NCBI GenBank assembly: GCA_043757045.1 | Contig: JAYVQC010000179.1 | Coordinates: 1-57,344 of the forward strand | Source: Akkermansia sp. | Lineage (GTDB): Bacteria; Verrucomicrobiota; Verrucomicrobiia; Limisphaerales; SIBH01 | Reading direction: 5' to 3' | DNA: 57,344 nucleotides | In this document: piece after piece, positions 6,902 to 15,441 of the stretch | Layout of the letters: each line of letters opens with the position of its first letter | Numbering within the stretch: position 1 is the first letter of the stretch | Notes under the pieces: generated by a model | Databases searched by the model: none | Told to the model about the DNA's origin: nothing | What the model saw: the letters and a program-made list of their open reading frames with translations, nothing else | Translations under genes and position numbers: made by a program

Positions 6902-9820
6902 ATGCTGACCAAAGAAACCAAAGCCCGCATTGACCGCGCCCGCGACATCCTCGTCGGGCAGTTGCCGCTCCCGTCCGATCAGGTGGAACTCATCACCATC
7001 GCCCTGATCTACAAGTTCATGGACGACATTGATGAGGAGTCGCGCTCGCTCGGCGGCAAGCCGACTTTCTTCGTGGGCGAGTTGCGCGACCTGAACTGGC
7101 GCAGCCTCATCGCCAATACCCTGAGCGCCGGGGAGCGGGTCACGCGCTTCATCCAGGGCATCGAGGCGGTCAGCACGGCGAAGCACATCCCGGAACTGTT
7201 CAAGAGCATCTTCAAAAACACGTTCCTGAAGTTTCGCGACGGGCGCATCCTCAAGCTGTTCCTCGACGAGATCAACGGGTTCGCCTACGACCATTCGGAG
7301 GAACTGGGCAACGCCTTTGAATACCTGCTCGATACGATGGGCGCACAGGGCGACAACGGCCAGTTCCGCACCCCGCGCAACATCATTGATTTCATCGTCG
7401 ATGTGGTGGACCCGCAGAAGGAGGACACCATTCTTGATCCCGCGTGCGGCACGGCCGGGTTTCTCATCTCGGCCTACAAGCACATCCTGGAGGCGAACAC
7501 GAGTCCGGTGCTGCCGGGGGAAGGGAGCGCGGCTGTGTCCGAAGGACCAGCCGCAGCATGTGGAAAAGGTCAAACCGCTGCGGCTGGGTCTGCGACCACA
7601 GCCGCGCTCCGTCGCCTCGGCGATCTGCTCACCGGCGCGCAGCGCAAAAGGCTGACCGAGAACATCATCGGCTACGACATCACGCCGCTCATGTCCCGGC
7701 TCTCGCGGGTCAACATGTATCTGCACCACTTCGCGAATCCCGTGGTGCATGACTACGACACCCTGACCAACGACCAGCGCTGGGACGAGAAATACGACTG
7801 CATCCTGGCCAACCCGCCTTTCATGTCGCCCAACGGCGGCGTGAGCACGCACAGCCGGTTTCGCATCGCGGCCAAACGCACCGAGGTGCTCTTTGCCGAT
7901 TACATCCTCGAACACCTCATGCCGGGCGGGAAGGCCGGGTTCGTGGTGCCCGAGGGCATCATCTTCCAGAACAACGACGACTACGTGGCGCTGCGGAAAT
8001 GGCTGATCAACGAGGCCGGCCTGTGGGCGGTGGTGTCGCTGCCCGCGCAGATTTTCCAGCCCTACTCGGGCGTGAAGACCTCGGTGCTGCTCATTGATCG
8101 CGCGCTGGCCCGCAGGCGCAACGACGTGCTGCTGGTGAAGGTGGAGAACGACGGCTTCTCGCTGAACACCAACCGCAATCCGATTCCAGAAAATGATCTG
8201 CCCGCCGCGCTCAAGCTGCTCACCACGGCGCGGCGCGCGGATTACGTGGCGCAACTCGCGGCCTTGAACTCGCCGCTGCAACACCAGCTCGTGCCGCGCG
8301 AGGATTTCGCGAAGCTGGACGCCTACAAGGCCGGCACCGCCGCGTTCGATTTCTGCCGCAAGTTCCGCACGCGGGCCGACAAGGCGGAGAAGACGCTGGC
8401 CGAAGCGCGGGCGCAGAAGAACGCCGAGGACGCCGCGAAAGCGGAGAAGTCGCTGGCCGCCATCCGTAAAGAATTTTCCACCGTCACGGGACTGGGCGCG
8501 CTGCCGGACACGCTGGCGGAATTGAAGACGCGGTTTGAGACCATGCTCAAGGAACCGGCCATCGCCTACGGCGCAGATGCGAAGGCGGAGACGGCGCTCA
8601 CGGTGGCGCTCAAGGAGCATCTGGACAATCAGCGGGATTACAGCCTCACACTTGATCGTCAGGAAAGCCTGACGACCGTTGCAATGCTTCACGCCTTGGT
8701 GGAACTCGGGGAGATTTGTGAAATGTATCAACCTCAAACAATTTCCGGGCGCGACATGATTGCGGATGGCCCTTACCCGGTCTTTGGCGCGAACGGTTTG
8801 ATCGGTCGCTACGACAAATACAACCATGAGAAACCCGAAGTGTTGATGACATGTCGTGGTGCGACATGCGGCACAATCAATGTTTCGGAACCACGCTCTT
8901 GGATAACGGGAAATTCAATGGTCATCACTCCGAAGGATGATCGCATCGACAAAGCATTTTTGCGTTGGGTTCTAGAACTGCACCCGAACAAAGCGCCGGT
9001 GATTACCGGATCGGCACAGCCTCAGATTACTCGTACGAGTTTGACTTCGCTCCGCATTCCCCTGCCGCCGCTGGACGAGCAGCGGGCGATGGTGGCGGAA
9101 CTGGAAAGCTACCAGCGCGTGGTGGACGGCTGCACCGCTCTGCTCGCAAGCCACTGCATCCGATTTCTACCTGATCCAGATTGGCCGACTGAGGCGCTCG
9201 GTTCGATTGCCGAGTTGAAGAACGGCATCAGTTACCTGGCAGAAAACAGGGGCCGAGGAATGAAAGTGGTGAGCGTGGCCGACTTTGCTGACAATCTGAT
9301 CACGCCAATCGACGGGCTGGACGAAATCAATCCGACCGGCGTGGTGAGAAATTCCGATCTGCTCCACGACGGCGACATCCTTTTCGTTCGCTCCAACGGC
9401 AACAAGAAACTGGTCGGTCGCTCGATGCTGGTGCAACCCGGAAAAGAGCGCGTGACGCACTCCGCGTTCACCATCCGTCTCCGTTTCACGGAGCCGAATA
9501 TCGTTCCGATGTTCTACGCCCTGCTATTCAAGCATCCTGACTATCGCGAACAGTTGACCGGACGCGGTGCCAACATTTCCAATCTTTCCCAGGATTTGCT
9601 TTCGAGTCTGGTGGTGCCGATTCCACCGGTGGAAGTGCAGCAGGCAATCGTCGCCGACCTGCAACGCGAACAAGCCACGCTGGCCGGCGTCCGGGAACTG
9701 AAAGCCAAGTTCGAGGCCCGCATCACCGCGCGCCTCGCCGCCGTGTGGGGCACCGCGCCCGCCCTCGAATCAAATCCGGCCCCGGCAGAAGCCGCCGCCG
9801 AACCCGCACTCCTCACCTAA
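6902..9820 (+). CDS. fused type I N6-adenine methyltransferase / specificity subunit (HsdM-HsdS)
   Basis: GQFRTPR, DPACGTAGFL, NPPF, then two TRD + conserved-repeat units (IPLPPLDEQ, VPIPPVEVQ). Confidence 0.92.
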   Translation: MLTKETKARIDRARDILVGQLPLPSDQVELITIALIYKFMDDIDEESRSLGGKPTFFVGELRDLNWRSLIANTLSAGERVTRFIQGIEAVSTAKHIPELFKSIFKNTFLKFRDGRILKLFLDEINGFAYDHSEELGNAFEYLLDTMGAQGDNGQFRTPRNIIDFIVDVVDPQKEDTILDPACGTAGFLISAYKHILEANTSPVLPGEGSAAVSEGPAAACGKGQTAAAGSATTAALRRLGDLLTGAQRKRLTENIIGYDITPLMSRLSRVNMYLHHFANPVVHDYDTLTNDQRWDEKYDCILANPPFMSPNGGVSTHSRFRIAAKRTEVLFADYILEHLMPGGKAGFVVPEGIIFQNNDDYVALRKWLINEAGLWAVVSLPAQIFQPYSGVKTSVLLIDRALARRRNDVLLVKVENDGFSLNTNRNPIPENDLPAALKLLTTARRADYVAQLAALNSPLQHQLVPREDFAKLDAYKAGTAAFDFCRKFRTRADKAEKTLAEARAQKNAEDAAKAEKSLAAIRKEFSTVTGLGALPDTLAELKTRFETMLKEPAIAYGADAKAETALTVALKEHLDNQRDYSLTLDRQESLTTVAMLHALVELGEICEMYQPQTISGRDMIADGPYPVFGANGLIGRYDKYNHEKPEVLMTCRGATCGTINVSEPRSWITGNSMVITPKDDRIDKAFLRWVLELHPNKAPVITGSAQPQITRTSLTSLRIPLPPLDEQRAMVAELESYQRVVDGCTALLASHCIRFLPDPDWPTEALGSIAELKNGISYLAENRGRGMKVVSVADFADNLITPIDGLDEINPTGVVRNSDLLHDGDILFVRSNGNKKLVGRSMLVQPGKERVTHSAFTIRLRFTEPNIVPMFYALLFKHPDYREQLTGRGANISNLSQDLLSSLVVPIPPVEVQQAIVADLQREQATLAGVRELKAKFEARITARLAAVWGTAPALESNPAPAEAAAEPALLT
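7524..7610. repeat. REPIN-like element, family B (GGAGCGCGG...CCGCGCTCC), in frame inside hsdM
   Basis: Arms GGAGCGCGGCTGTG-n9-CCAGCCGCAGC and its reverse complement. 87 bp = 29 codons. Confidence 0.85.
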
Positions 9821-9842
9821 ACCTTCCAAGGAGAACTCTGAA

Positions 9843-10301
9843 ATGCCTTTCCGCTTTCCTTCCCATCGGCTGCACGAAATCGTCAAGGCGCGGAAAGTGG
9901 CCGGTGCGGGACAACGGGCCGAGTTCGAGAGCGAAGGTTCCAAAGGCAAGAAACTGTCGCTGACGCTGGAGTTGCCCGAGGGGCAGATGATGAGCCTGCG
10001 CTTCCTGGTGGCCTGCCACGACGCGAGCCAGCCGGAGAGTTACACGGCGGCGCTGGTGCTGGAAGGCGAGCGCGTCCGGGGCATTGATCATTCCAAGATC
10101 CGGCGGCTCAAACGCTACAAGGAGCACATTCCCAAGGGCTGGCACGAGAACGTGATTGACCCGAACCGGGCGACGGACGATGACGACCGAAACCGGCATG
10201 TGCCGTTGCAGGATTTTGCACCCACGGACTTGAAACACTTTCTCCACCTCGTGGCGAAGAAGTGGCATATTGAACTCGAAATGGAGAGCTTGTTACTGTG
10301 A
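9843..10301 (+). CDS. hypothetical protein, DUF6978-like partner of DUF1828
   Basis: 152 aa, GGAGA RBS upstream, RGID...WHE motif. Stop overlaps the next start (GTGA). Family assignment is from recalled gene context. Confidence 0.6.
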   Translation: MPFRFPSHRLHEIVKARKVAGAGQRAEFESEGSKGKKLSLTLELPEGQMMSLRFLVACHDASQPESYTAALVLEGERVRGIDHSKIRRLKRYKEHIPKGWHENVIDPNRATDDDDRNRHVPLQDFAPTDLKHFLHLVAKKWHIELEMESLLL

Positions 10302-11101
10302 AAACCATCAACACCATTCACACCCTGGCCACGGAGTGCCGCGCGGCCCTGAATTGCTTTTGGGGCGAGCAGTTGGCGGTGGAATCGACGCGCACAGGCG
10401 TGAGCATCGCCCTGCCACTGATGTATCCGGATGGCTTGCAGGTGGTGCTCGCGGTGCAGCCGGTCTCCGCGACCCGGGCCGTGGTCTCCGACGAAGGCCG
10501 GACGCTGGGGCAATTCTTCAACGCGGGCTTCAACGTGGACGCGAGGGCGAAGCAGTCGCACACGTTGTTGCAGGAGCGGATCCGGGCCTTTGAACTGAGC
10601 AAGGATGGCTTCGAGTTGAAGAAGGAGATCCGGCTGCCGGCGGATGGCATCGACCTGCATCTGTTTGGCGAAGCGCTGGTGAGCATCTCGCATCTCATCT
10701 ACCGGCACGAGCCGGAGAGTTTCGTCGAGAGCGCCGCCGACCGGACGGTGCGGCAGGTTTTCAAGGATCGAAAGGTGGTGCCGCTGGAGAACGTGGCGCT
10801 CGAAGGGCGGGTGGAGAAGAAGATCAAGGTGGACTACCTCGTCACCGGGAAGCACCGGCTGGCGATGGAAGTCATCAAGCGGCGCGGCTCCGATCTCGGC
10901 TACATCGAGCGCTGGGCGTGGCGCTGGACGGATTTGAAGAATCGGGACGGCACGCTCCTCAACGCGATGGTGTACGACCCGGACGTGCAGGACTACGACC
11001 AGACGGCGCTGGAGATTGGTCGATCCGTGTGCGACGTGTTCTGCCCCTATTTCGAGACGGAACGGATTCACAAGTTGGTGCAGCGGGCGGTGAATAATTG
11101 A
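10298..11101 (+). CDS. DUF1828/DUF1829-like protein
   Basis: I.LP..YPDG.Q......VSDEG.TL is a DUF1828-like N-terminus. C-terminal VD(YLV)...EV.K resembles a restriction-endonuclease-like fold. Confidence 0.75.
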   Translation: MKTINTIHTLATECRAALNCFWGEQLAVESTRTGVSIALPLMYPDGLQVVLAVQPVSATRAVVSDEGRTLGQFFNAGFNVDARAKQSHTLLQERIRAFELSKDGFELKKEIRLPADGIDLHLFGEALVSISHLIYRHEPESFVESAADRTVRQVFKDRKVVPLENVALEGRVEKKIKVDYLVTGKHRLAMEVIKRRGSDLGYIERWAWRWTDLKNRDGTLLNAMVYDPDVQDYDQTALEIGRSVCDVFCPYFETERIHKLVQRAVNN

Positions 11102-11114
11102 ATCGCAGAAAACC

Positions 11115-11546
11115 ATGAACACTCGGGAAGAAAAAGATTTCGCGCTGCGCCAAGTGGCAGCGATGGATCGTTTCCTTTCGTGGGCCGGAGCCGACCCGCT
11201 GATGGGACCGGGGCTGAGACAACGGCGCGAGGAATTTGAACGACTGGCGAAGGGGTTACCTGCGGCGGAGCGCGTGGCGGCGGTGGAGACAAAGCCGGAG
11301 AAGGTGGAACTGGCCGGGCAATTTCGCGGGGCCACGCTCGACACTTGGCGCTTCGACTTCCGAACGGACGCAGGGGCGAGCATTTCCGGTCGGCTGGCTG
11401 ATGACGTGAGCGAAGAAACCGCAGCGGCCATGAACCAATTCACAAACCAGGAATGCGTGGGGAAATTCAACCGCATCCAGGTGATCGCGCGTGGTGGTCT
11501 GCCGAAAGTGCGATACGAACTGCTTTCCGTTTCGGCCTCCGCGTAG
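11115..11546 (+). CDS. hypothetical protein
   Basis: 143-aa ORF, ATG 13 nt after the previous stop. Helical N-terminus, beta-rich C-terminus. Confidence 0.65.
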   Translation: MNTREEKDFALRQVAAMDRFLSWAGADPLMGPGLRQRREEFERLAKGLPAAERVAAVETKPEKVELAGQFRGATLDTWRFDFRTDAGASISGRLADDVSEETAAAMNQFTNQECVGKFNRIQVIARGGLPKVRYELLSVSASA

Positions 11547-11658
11547 AGGGCCAAGCAATAGCGACGGTCAGGTTTAGAACGCTCCCTCCGATTTTGTTTC
11601 AAGTTTGCGCGCTGCCGCTGAGTTTTGTCTTCCCCCCTCGAAAACACCTTCGCCTGAC

Positions 11659-11813
11659 CGGCGGCACGTTTCACCTTGCCGCGATTCGGCTTGCCCGCTA
11701 TCCACGCACGCATGGAATCCCGGGAAGCATTTGTCGTTTTGAACATGGTCGAGCACGTCGGGCCGGTGCGCGTGCGGCAGTTGCTCCAGCATTTCGGTGA
11801 CGCGGTTTCAATT
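11659..11813 (+). repeat. diverged direct repeat of the dprA promoter and first 34 codons (copy 1)
   Basis: Matches 12884..13038 at a constant offset of 1225 bp. Encodes MESREAFVVLNMVEHVGPVRVRQLLQHFGDAVSI from ATG 11712. Confidence 0.95.
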
Positions 11814-11861
11814 GCTCTGAACTTTCGTGCGTCCTATCGTCCAGGCAGAAAGAGTTCCACG

Positions 11862-12089
11862 ATGCCAAACCAAGAAAGCGACATGCAAAAGCTGGAGAAC
11901 CAGTTCCCATCGGCCTCGGGTTCGGCCTTTGCCGCCGCCCGTGAGCAGGTGCTGGCCTCGGGGCAGAGCGTGCTGCAATCCGAGCACGGGGTGATTTACG
12001 AGGTCTTCCCCAATGGGACGCGCCGCCGCGTGAAGAACATTGAGCCGCCGACTCCGGTGGTGGCCGGGAGCAAGATTCAGATCGATTGA
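11862..12089 (+). CDS. small putative antitoxin (also in frame with the upstream DprA fragment from 11712)
   Basis: 75-aa MPNQES...AFAAAREQVLASGQSVLQSEHGVIYEVFPNG. Stop overlaps the start of the P-loop gene. Confidence 0.65.
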   Translation: MPNQESDMQKLENQFPSASGSAFAAAREQVLASGQSVLQSEHGVIYEVFPNGTRRRVKNIEPPTPVVAGSKIQID

Positions 12090-12832
12090 GCGCTGTCACC
12101 CCGCGATTGCGTATGTTCGCCGGGCCGAACGGCTCCGGCAAAAGCACGCTCAAGTCCGTGCTGCCGATCGAACTGCTGGGCGTTTATTTGAATCCCGACG
12201 AATTGGAGAAGGAAATACGCACGACGGGTTTTCTGGAGCCGGCTGCTTATCGCGTCACCACCACGGCGGAGGAGATTCTGGAACATTTCCGCACTTCGTC
12301 GTTTCTCCACAGTGCCGGTTTGTCGGGCGGGGCGGCGCAACTCCAGTTCACCGAGGGACGATTGCAGTTTGGCAGCGTGGAGGTGAACGCCTACTTCGCC
12401 TCGGTGGCCGCGGATTTCCTGCGGCAGCGACTGCTCGCCCGAAAAATCCCGTTCACTCTCGAGACGGTGATGTCGTCGCCGGACAAGGTGCGCCTGCTGG
12501 AACAAGCGCGGGGGTTGGGCTACCGGACCTATCTCTACTACATCGCCACGGACGATCCGGAGATCAACATCTCCCGCGTGCGAACGCGGGTGAGCCAGGG
12601 TGGCCACGACGTGCCGGAGGACAAAATTGTGAGCCGCTACCATCGCTCGTTGGATTTGCTGATGCCGGCGGTTCGCCAGACGCACCGCGCCTATGTTTTC
12701 GACAACTCCAGCCATGCTGAGAACCGGACGTGGCTGGCGGAGGTCACCAATGGCCGGACGCTGGAGTTGAAAACAGACCGCATACCCGCCTGGTTTAAGC
12801 GGGCGGTTCTGGACAAGATTGCCGGTGCGTGA
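12086..12832 (+). CDS. zeta-toxin-like / AAA P-loop kinase (COG4185-like)
   Basis: MFAGPNGSGKST, YLNPDE, FTLETVMS, RV..RV.QGGHDVPE.KI..RY.RS, FDNS. Confidence 0.88.
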   Translation: MSAVTPRLRMFAGPNGSGKSTLKSVLPIELLGVYLNPDELEKEIRTTGFLEPAAYRVTTTAEEILEHFRTSSFLHSAGLSGGAAQLQFTEGRLQFGSVEVNAYFASVAADFLRQRLLARKIPFTLETVMSSPDKVRLLEQARGLGYRTYLYYIATDDPEINISRVRTRVSQGGHDVPEDKIVSRYHRSLDLLMPAVRQTHRAYVFDNSSHAENRTWLAEVTNGRTLELKTDRIPAWFKRAVLDKIAGA

Positions 12833-12883
12833 GTATTCCCGGCCTTCCCTGGTCTGTGCCCCGTTCCTAACTCCCCGCTGGAT

Positions 12884-13038
12884 CGGTGGCACGTTTCACC
12901 TTGCCGCGATTCTGCGCCGCCGCTATCCACGCAAGCATGGAATCCCGGGAAGCTTTTGTCGTCTTGAACATGGTGGAACACGTCGGGCCGGTGCGTGTGC
13001 GGCAGTTGCTCCAGCATTTTGGGGACGCGGCTTCCATT
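12884..13038 (+). repeat. direct repeat copy 2 (functional dprA promoter and 5' end)
   Basis: Counterpart of 11659..11813. Confidence 0.95.
12901..12929 (+). promoter_or_regulatory. putative sigma70-type leaderless promoter of dprA
   Basis: TTGCCG-17 nt-TATCCA, 7 nt before ATG 12937, no Shine-Dalgarno. Both boxes are conserved in the duplicate at 11676. Confidence 0.5.
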
Positions 13039-14043
13039 CTCAAAGCCTCGAAGCAGCAACTGATGTGCGTGCGCGGGATTGGTGAGGATACGGCGGAGGC
13101 CATTGCGAATTGGGAGAAGAACGTGGACCTCGCGGCGGAGTTGAAACGCTGCGAGGAATTCGGCTGCCACATCGTGACGCAGGACGACGTGGAGTATCCC
13201 GAGATGCTGCGGCAAATTTACGACCCGCCCCTCGTGCTCTACGTGAAGGGCGCACTCACGGCGGCAGACAAGAATGGCGTGGCCATCGTCGGCTCCCGGC
13301 AGACGACGCACTACGGGATCGAGGTGGCGCGCAAGCTCGGCTACCAGCTCGCCTACGTGGGCGTCACGGTCGTGAGCGGCGGCGCGCGCGGCATTGATAC
13401 GGCGGCGCATCAGGGCGCATTGAGCGCGAAGGGGCGGACGATTTGTGTCTTGGGCACGGGCATCAACATTGTGTTCCCGCCGGAGAACGCGGAACTGTTC
13501 GCGCGCATTTCCGAGAGCGGCGCGGTCATCTCGCAGTATCCGTTCAACCGCAAGGCGGACAAACAATCCTTCGCCATTCGCAACCGTATCGTGGCCGGCA
13601 TGACGCTCGGCACCGTCGTCGTCGAGGCCAACTTGACGAGCGGCGCGCTCATTACGTCGAACTTCGCCATTGAGTATGGGCGGCAGGTTTTTGCGGTGCC
13701 GGGGCGGATTGATTCGCCGCGCAGCAAGGGCTGCCACGACTTGATCAAGAAAGGCGCGAAGCTCTGCGAGGGCGCGGAGGATATTCTGAGCGAGTTCGAG
13801 TATTTGTTTCCCGCCAGCAACCGTCCGCCCACCGTGAATGAAACCGGCGTGCTCCCCGCGCTCACGCTTTCGGAGAACGAGCAGAAAGTTTATGACGCGC
13901 TCGACAAGGAGCCGACGCCGATGGACGACGTGATTCGTGCGTGTGGCCTGCCCGCGTCGGCGGTGTCAGTGGCGTTGCTCAGTCTGGAAATGAAGCGCGC
14001 GGTGCGGCAGGTGCCGGGAAAATTATTTTTGCGGAACACGTAG
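12937..14043 (+). CDS. dprA: DNA-processing protein DprA
   Basis: YP..L.QI.DPP.VLY, VAIVGSR, VSGGARGID, RNRIVAG, VVEA...SGALIT, GRQVFAVPG, C-terminal winged helix. Start moved to ATG 12937. Confidence 0.96.
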   Translation: MESREAFVVLNMVEHVGPVRVRQLLQHFGDAASILKASKQQLMCVRGIGEDTAEAIANWEKNVDLAAELKRCEEFGCHIVTQDDVEYPEMLRQIYDPPLVLYVKGALTAADKNGVAIVGSRQTTHYGIEVARKLGYQLAYVGVTVVSGGARGIDTAAHQGALSAKGRTICVLGTGINIVFPPENAELFARISESGAVISQYPFNRKADKQSFAIRNRIVAGMTLGTVVVEANLTSGALITSNFAIEYGRQVFAVPGRIDSPRSKGCHDLIKKGAKLCEGAEDILSEFEYLFPASNRPPTVNETGVLPALTLSENEQKVYDALDKEPTPMDDVIRACGLPASAVSVALLSLEMKRAVRQVPGKLFLRNT

Positions 14044-14062
14044 TTATCCGCGCTCCAGCGTG

Positions 14063-14122
14063 AGTTGGAGTCCAAGCTTCAGCTTGCTCCGGCGGGGACA
14101 CGCTGAAGCGTGAACTCCAACT
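14063..14122. repeat. palindromic element, family E (AGTTGGAGT...ACTCCAACT)
   Basis: GTTGGAGTCCAAGCTTCAGCTTG and CACGCTGAAGCGTGAACTCCAAC form an imperfect inverted pair after dprA. Confidence 0.75.
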
Positions 14123-14166
14123 AATGGTTTGAACGTCCCCGCCTCACAACCCTAGCCTCGCCGCCC

Positions 14167-15441
14167 GTGACTTTTCGCCACCGCATCCTGCTCGACCGCC
14201 TGCTCGCGGTACCCTCGTGCTTGGCGTGCGATCTGGCGGCGCGGCTGCTGGGGAAAATTCTCCACCGTGATCATTCCCTTTCCCCGGCGGGCACGCGCGA
14301 GATTATCGTGGGCAAACTCGTGGGCATGGGCAGCATTCTTCAAGCGACGCCCTTGCTGCGCGCCTTGAAGAAACAGTTTCCCGAAGCGCGGCTGACGTTC
14401 CTCACGCTGGAGAGCAATCGCGGGCTGGTGAGCCGCCTGGAGCATGTGGATGAGTTGCTGTGCCTGGATGACCGGCGGCCCGGGATTTTTTTTTTAACCA
14501 CCTTGCGGGCGCTCGGGAAAATCATCCGCCGGCGGCCGGATCACTATTTTGATTTGGAGGTTTATTCCGGTTTCACGTCGTTGCTGTCGCTGTTCAGTCT
14601 CGCGCGGAACCGGCTGGGCTTTTGCCGCCATTCGAGCCGGTTCAAGCGCGGCCTGTTCACCCACCTCGTTTATTTCAACACGCGCATGGCGGTGCGCCGC
14701 CTGTATCTGCAACTCGGCTGCGTGGCGGGCGTGCCGACGGATGCGCCGGAGCAACTGGGCGGCATCCGCATCGAGCCGGCGGAGCGCGACGCGGTGCGCG
14801 AAAAGCTGGCGCAGCTCGGCCTGCCGCCCGGCCGGCCTTTCGTGTTGGTAAATCCCAACGCCTCGGACTTGCTCATCGAGCGGCGCTGGCCGGAGGCGCA
14901 TGTGGTCGGGGCTGTGACGCGGTTGGTGCGCGCGGGGCAGAGCGTGGTGCTGATGGGCGGCCCTTCGGAGACCGCGCATGTTCAAACCATTTGCGCGCAA
15001 CTGCCTGCCGAGACGCAGGGCCGCGTGTTCAACGTGGCGGGGCAATTGTCCTTGGGCGAAGCCTTCGCGCTCATTGAAGCCGCCGCGTGCGTGCTGACGA
15101 ATGACACCGGGCCGATGCACATGGCCTTCGCGTTGGAACGTCCGACGGTGTGCCTGTTCGGCCCGGTGGACCCGGCGCATTACGGCATGACGGCGGCGAA
15201 CATCGTGACCTTGTCCGCGCCGGTGCCGTGCAGCCCGTGCGTGCATGAGATTGACGAGCCGCCGTGCCACGGCAACAACGTGTGCATGCAACGGCTGCAA
15301 CCTGATTTCGTCGTGAGCCATGTGCTCGCGCTGCTGGAGCGGCGCGCGGCCGGCTCCAGTCCGCGCCTGCCGCTCGTGTGGCAGGCGGAGAACGGTCCGC
15401 CGCTGGGCCTCGTGCAGCGGCACTTGTCGCAGGAAAACTAG
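14167..15441 (+). CDS. glycosyltransferase family 9 (heptosyltransferase-like)
   Basis: GMGS.L.ATP.LRALK..FP.A, R.WP, TNDTGPMHMA.A...PTV.LFGP, C.PC...C..M. Confidence 0.88.
   Translation: MTFRHRILLDRLLAVPSCLACDLAARLLGKILHRDHSLSPAGTREIIVGKLVGMGSILQATPLLRALKKQFPEARLTFLTLESNRGLVSRLEHVDELLCLDDRRPGIFFLTTLRALGKIIRRRPDHYFDLEVYSGFTSLLSLFSLARNRLGFCRHSSRFKRGLFTHLVYFNTRMAVRRLYLQLGCVAGVPTDAPEQLGGIRIEPAERDAVREKLAQLGLPPGRPFVLVNPNASDLLIERRWPEAHVVGAVTRLVRAGQSVVLMGGPSETAHVQTICAQLPAETQGRVFNVAGQLSLGEAFALIEAAACVLTNDTGPMHMAFALERPTVCLFGPVDPAHYGMTAANIVTLSAPVPCSPCVHEIDEPPCHGNNVCMQRLQPDFVVSHVLALLERRAAGSSPRLPLVWQAENGPPLGLVQRHLSQEN

Noticed and set aside
6884-8827. Long antisense ORFs (also 10115..11746, 14494..16179, 32163..33686, 42321..44291, 49560..51281, 51782..53593)
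   Set aside because: Stop-poor shadow frames of high-GC genes, overlapping confidently identified CDSs on the other strand, with no motifs.
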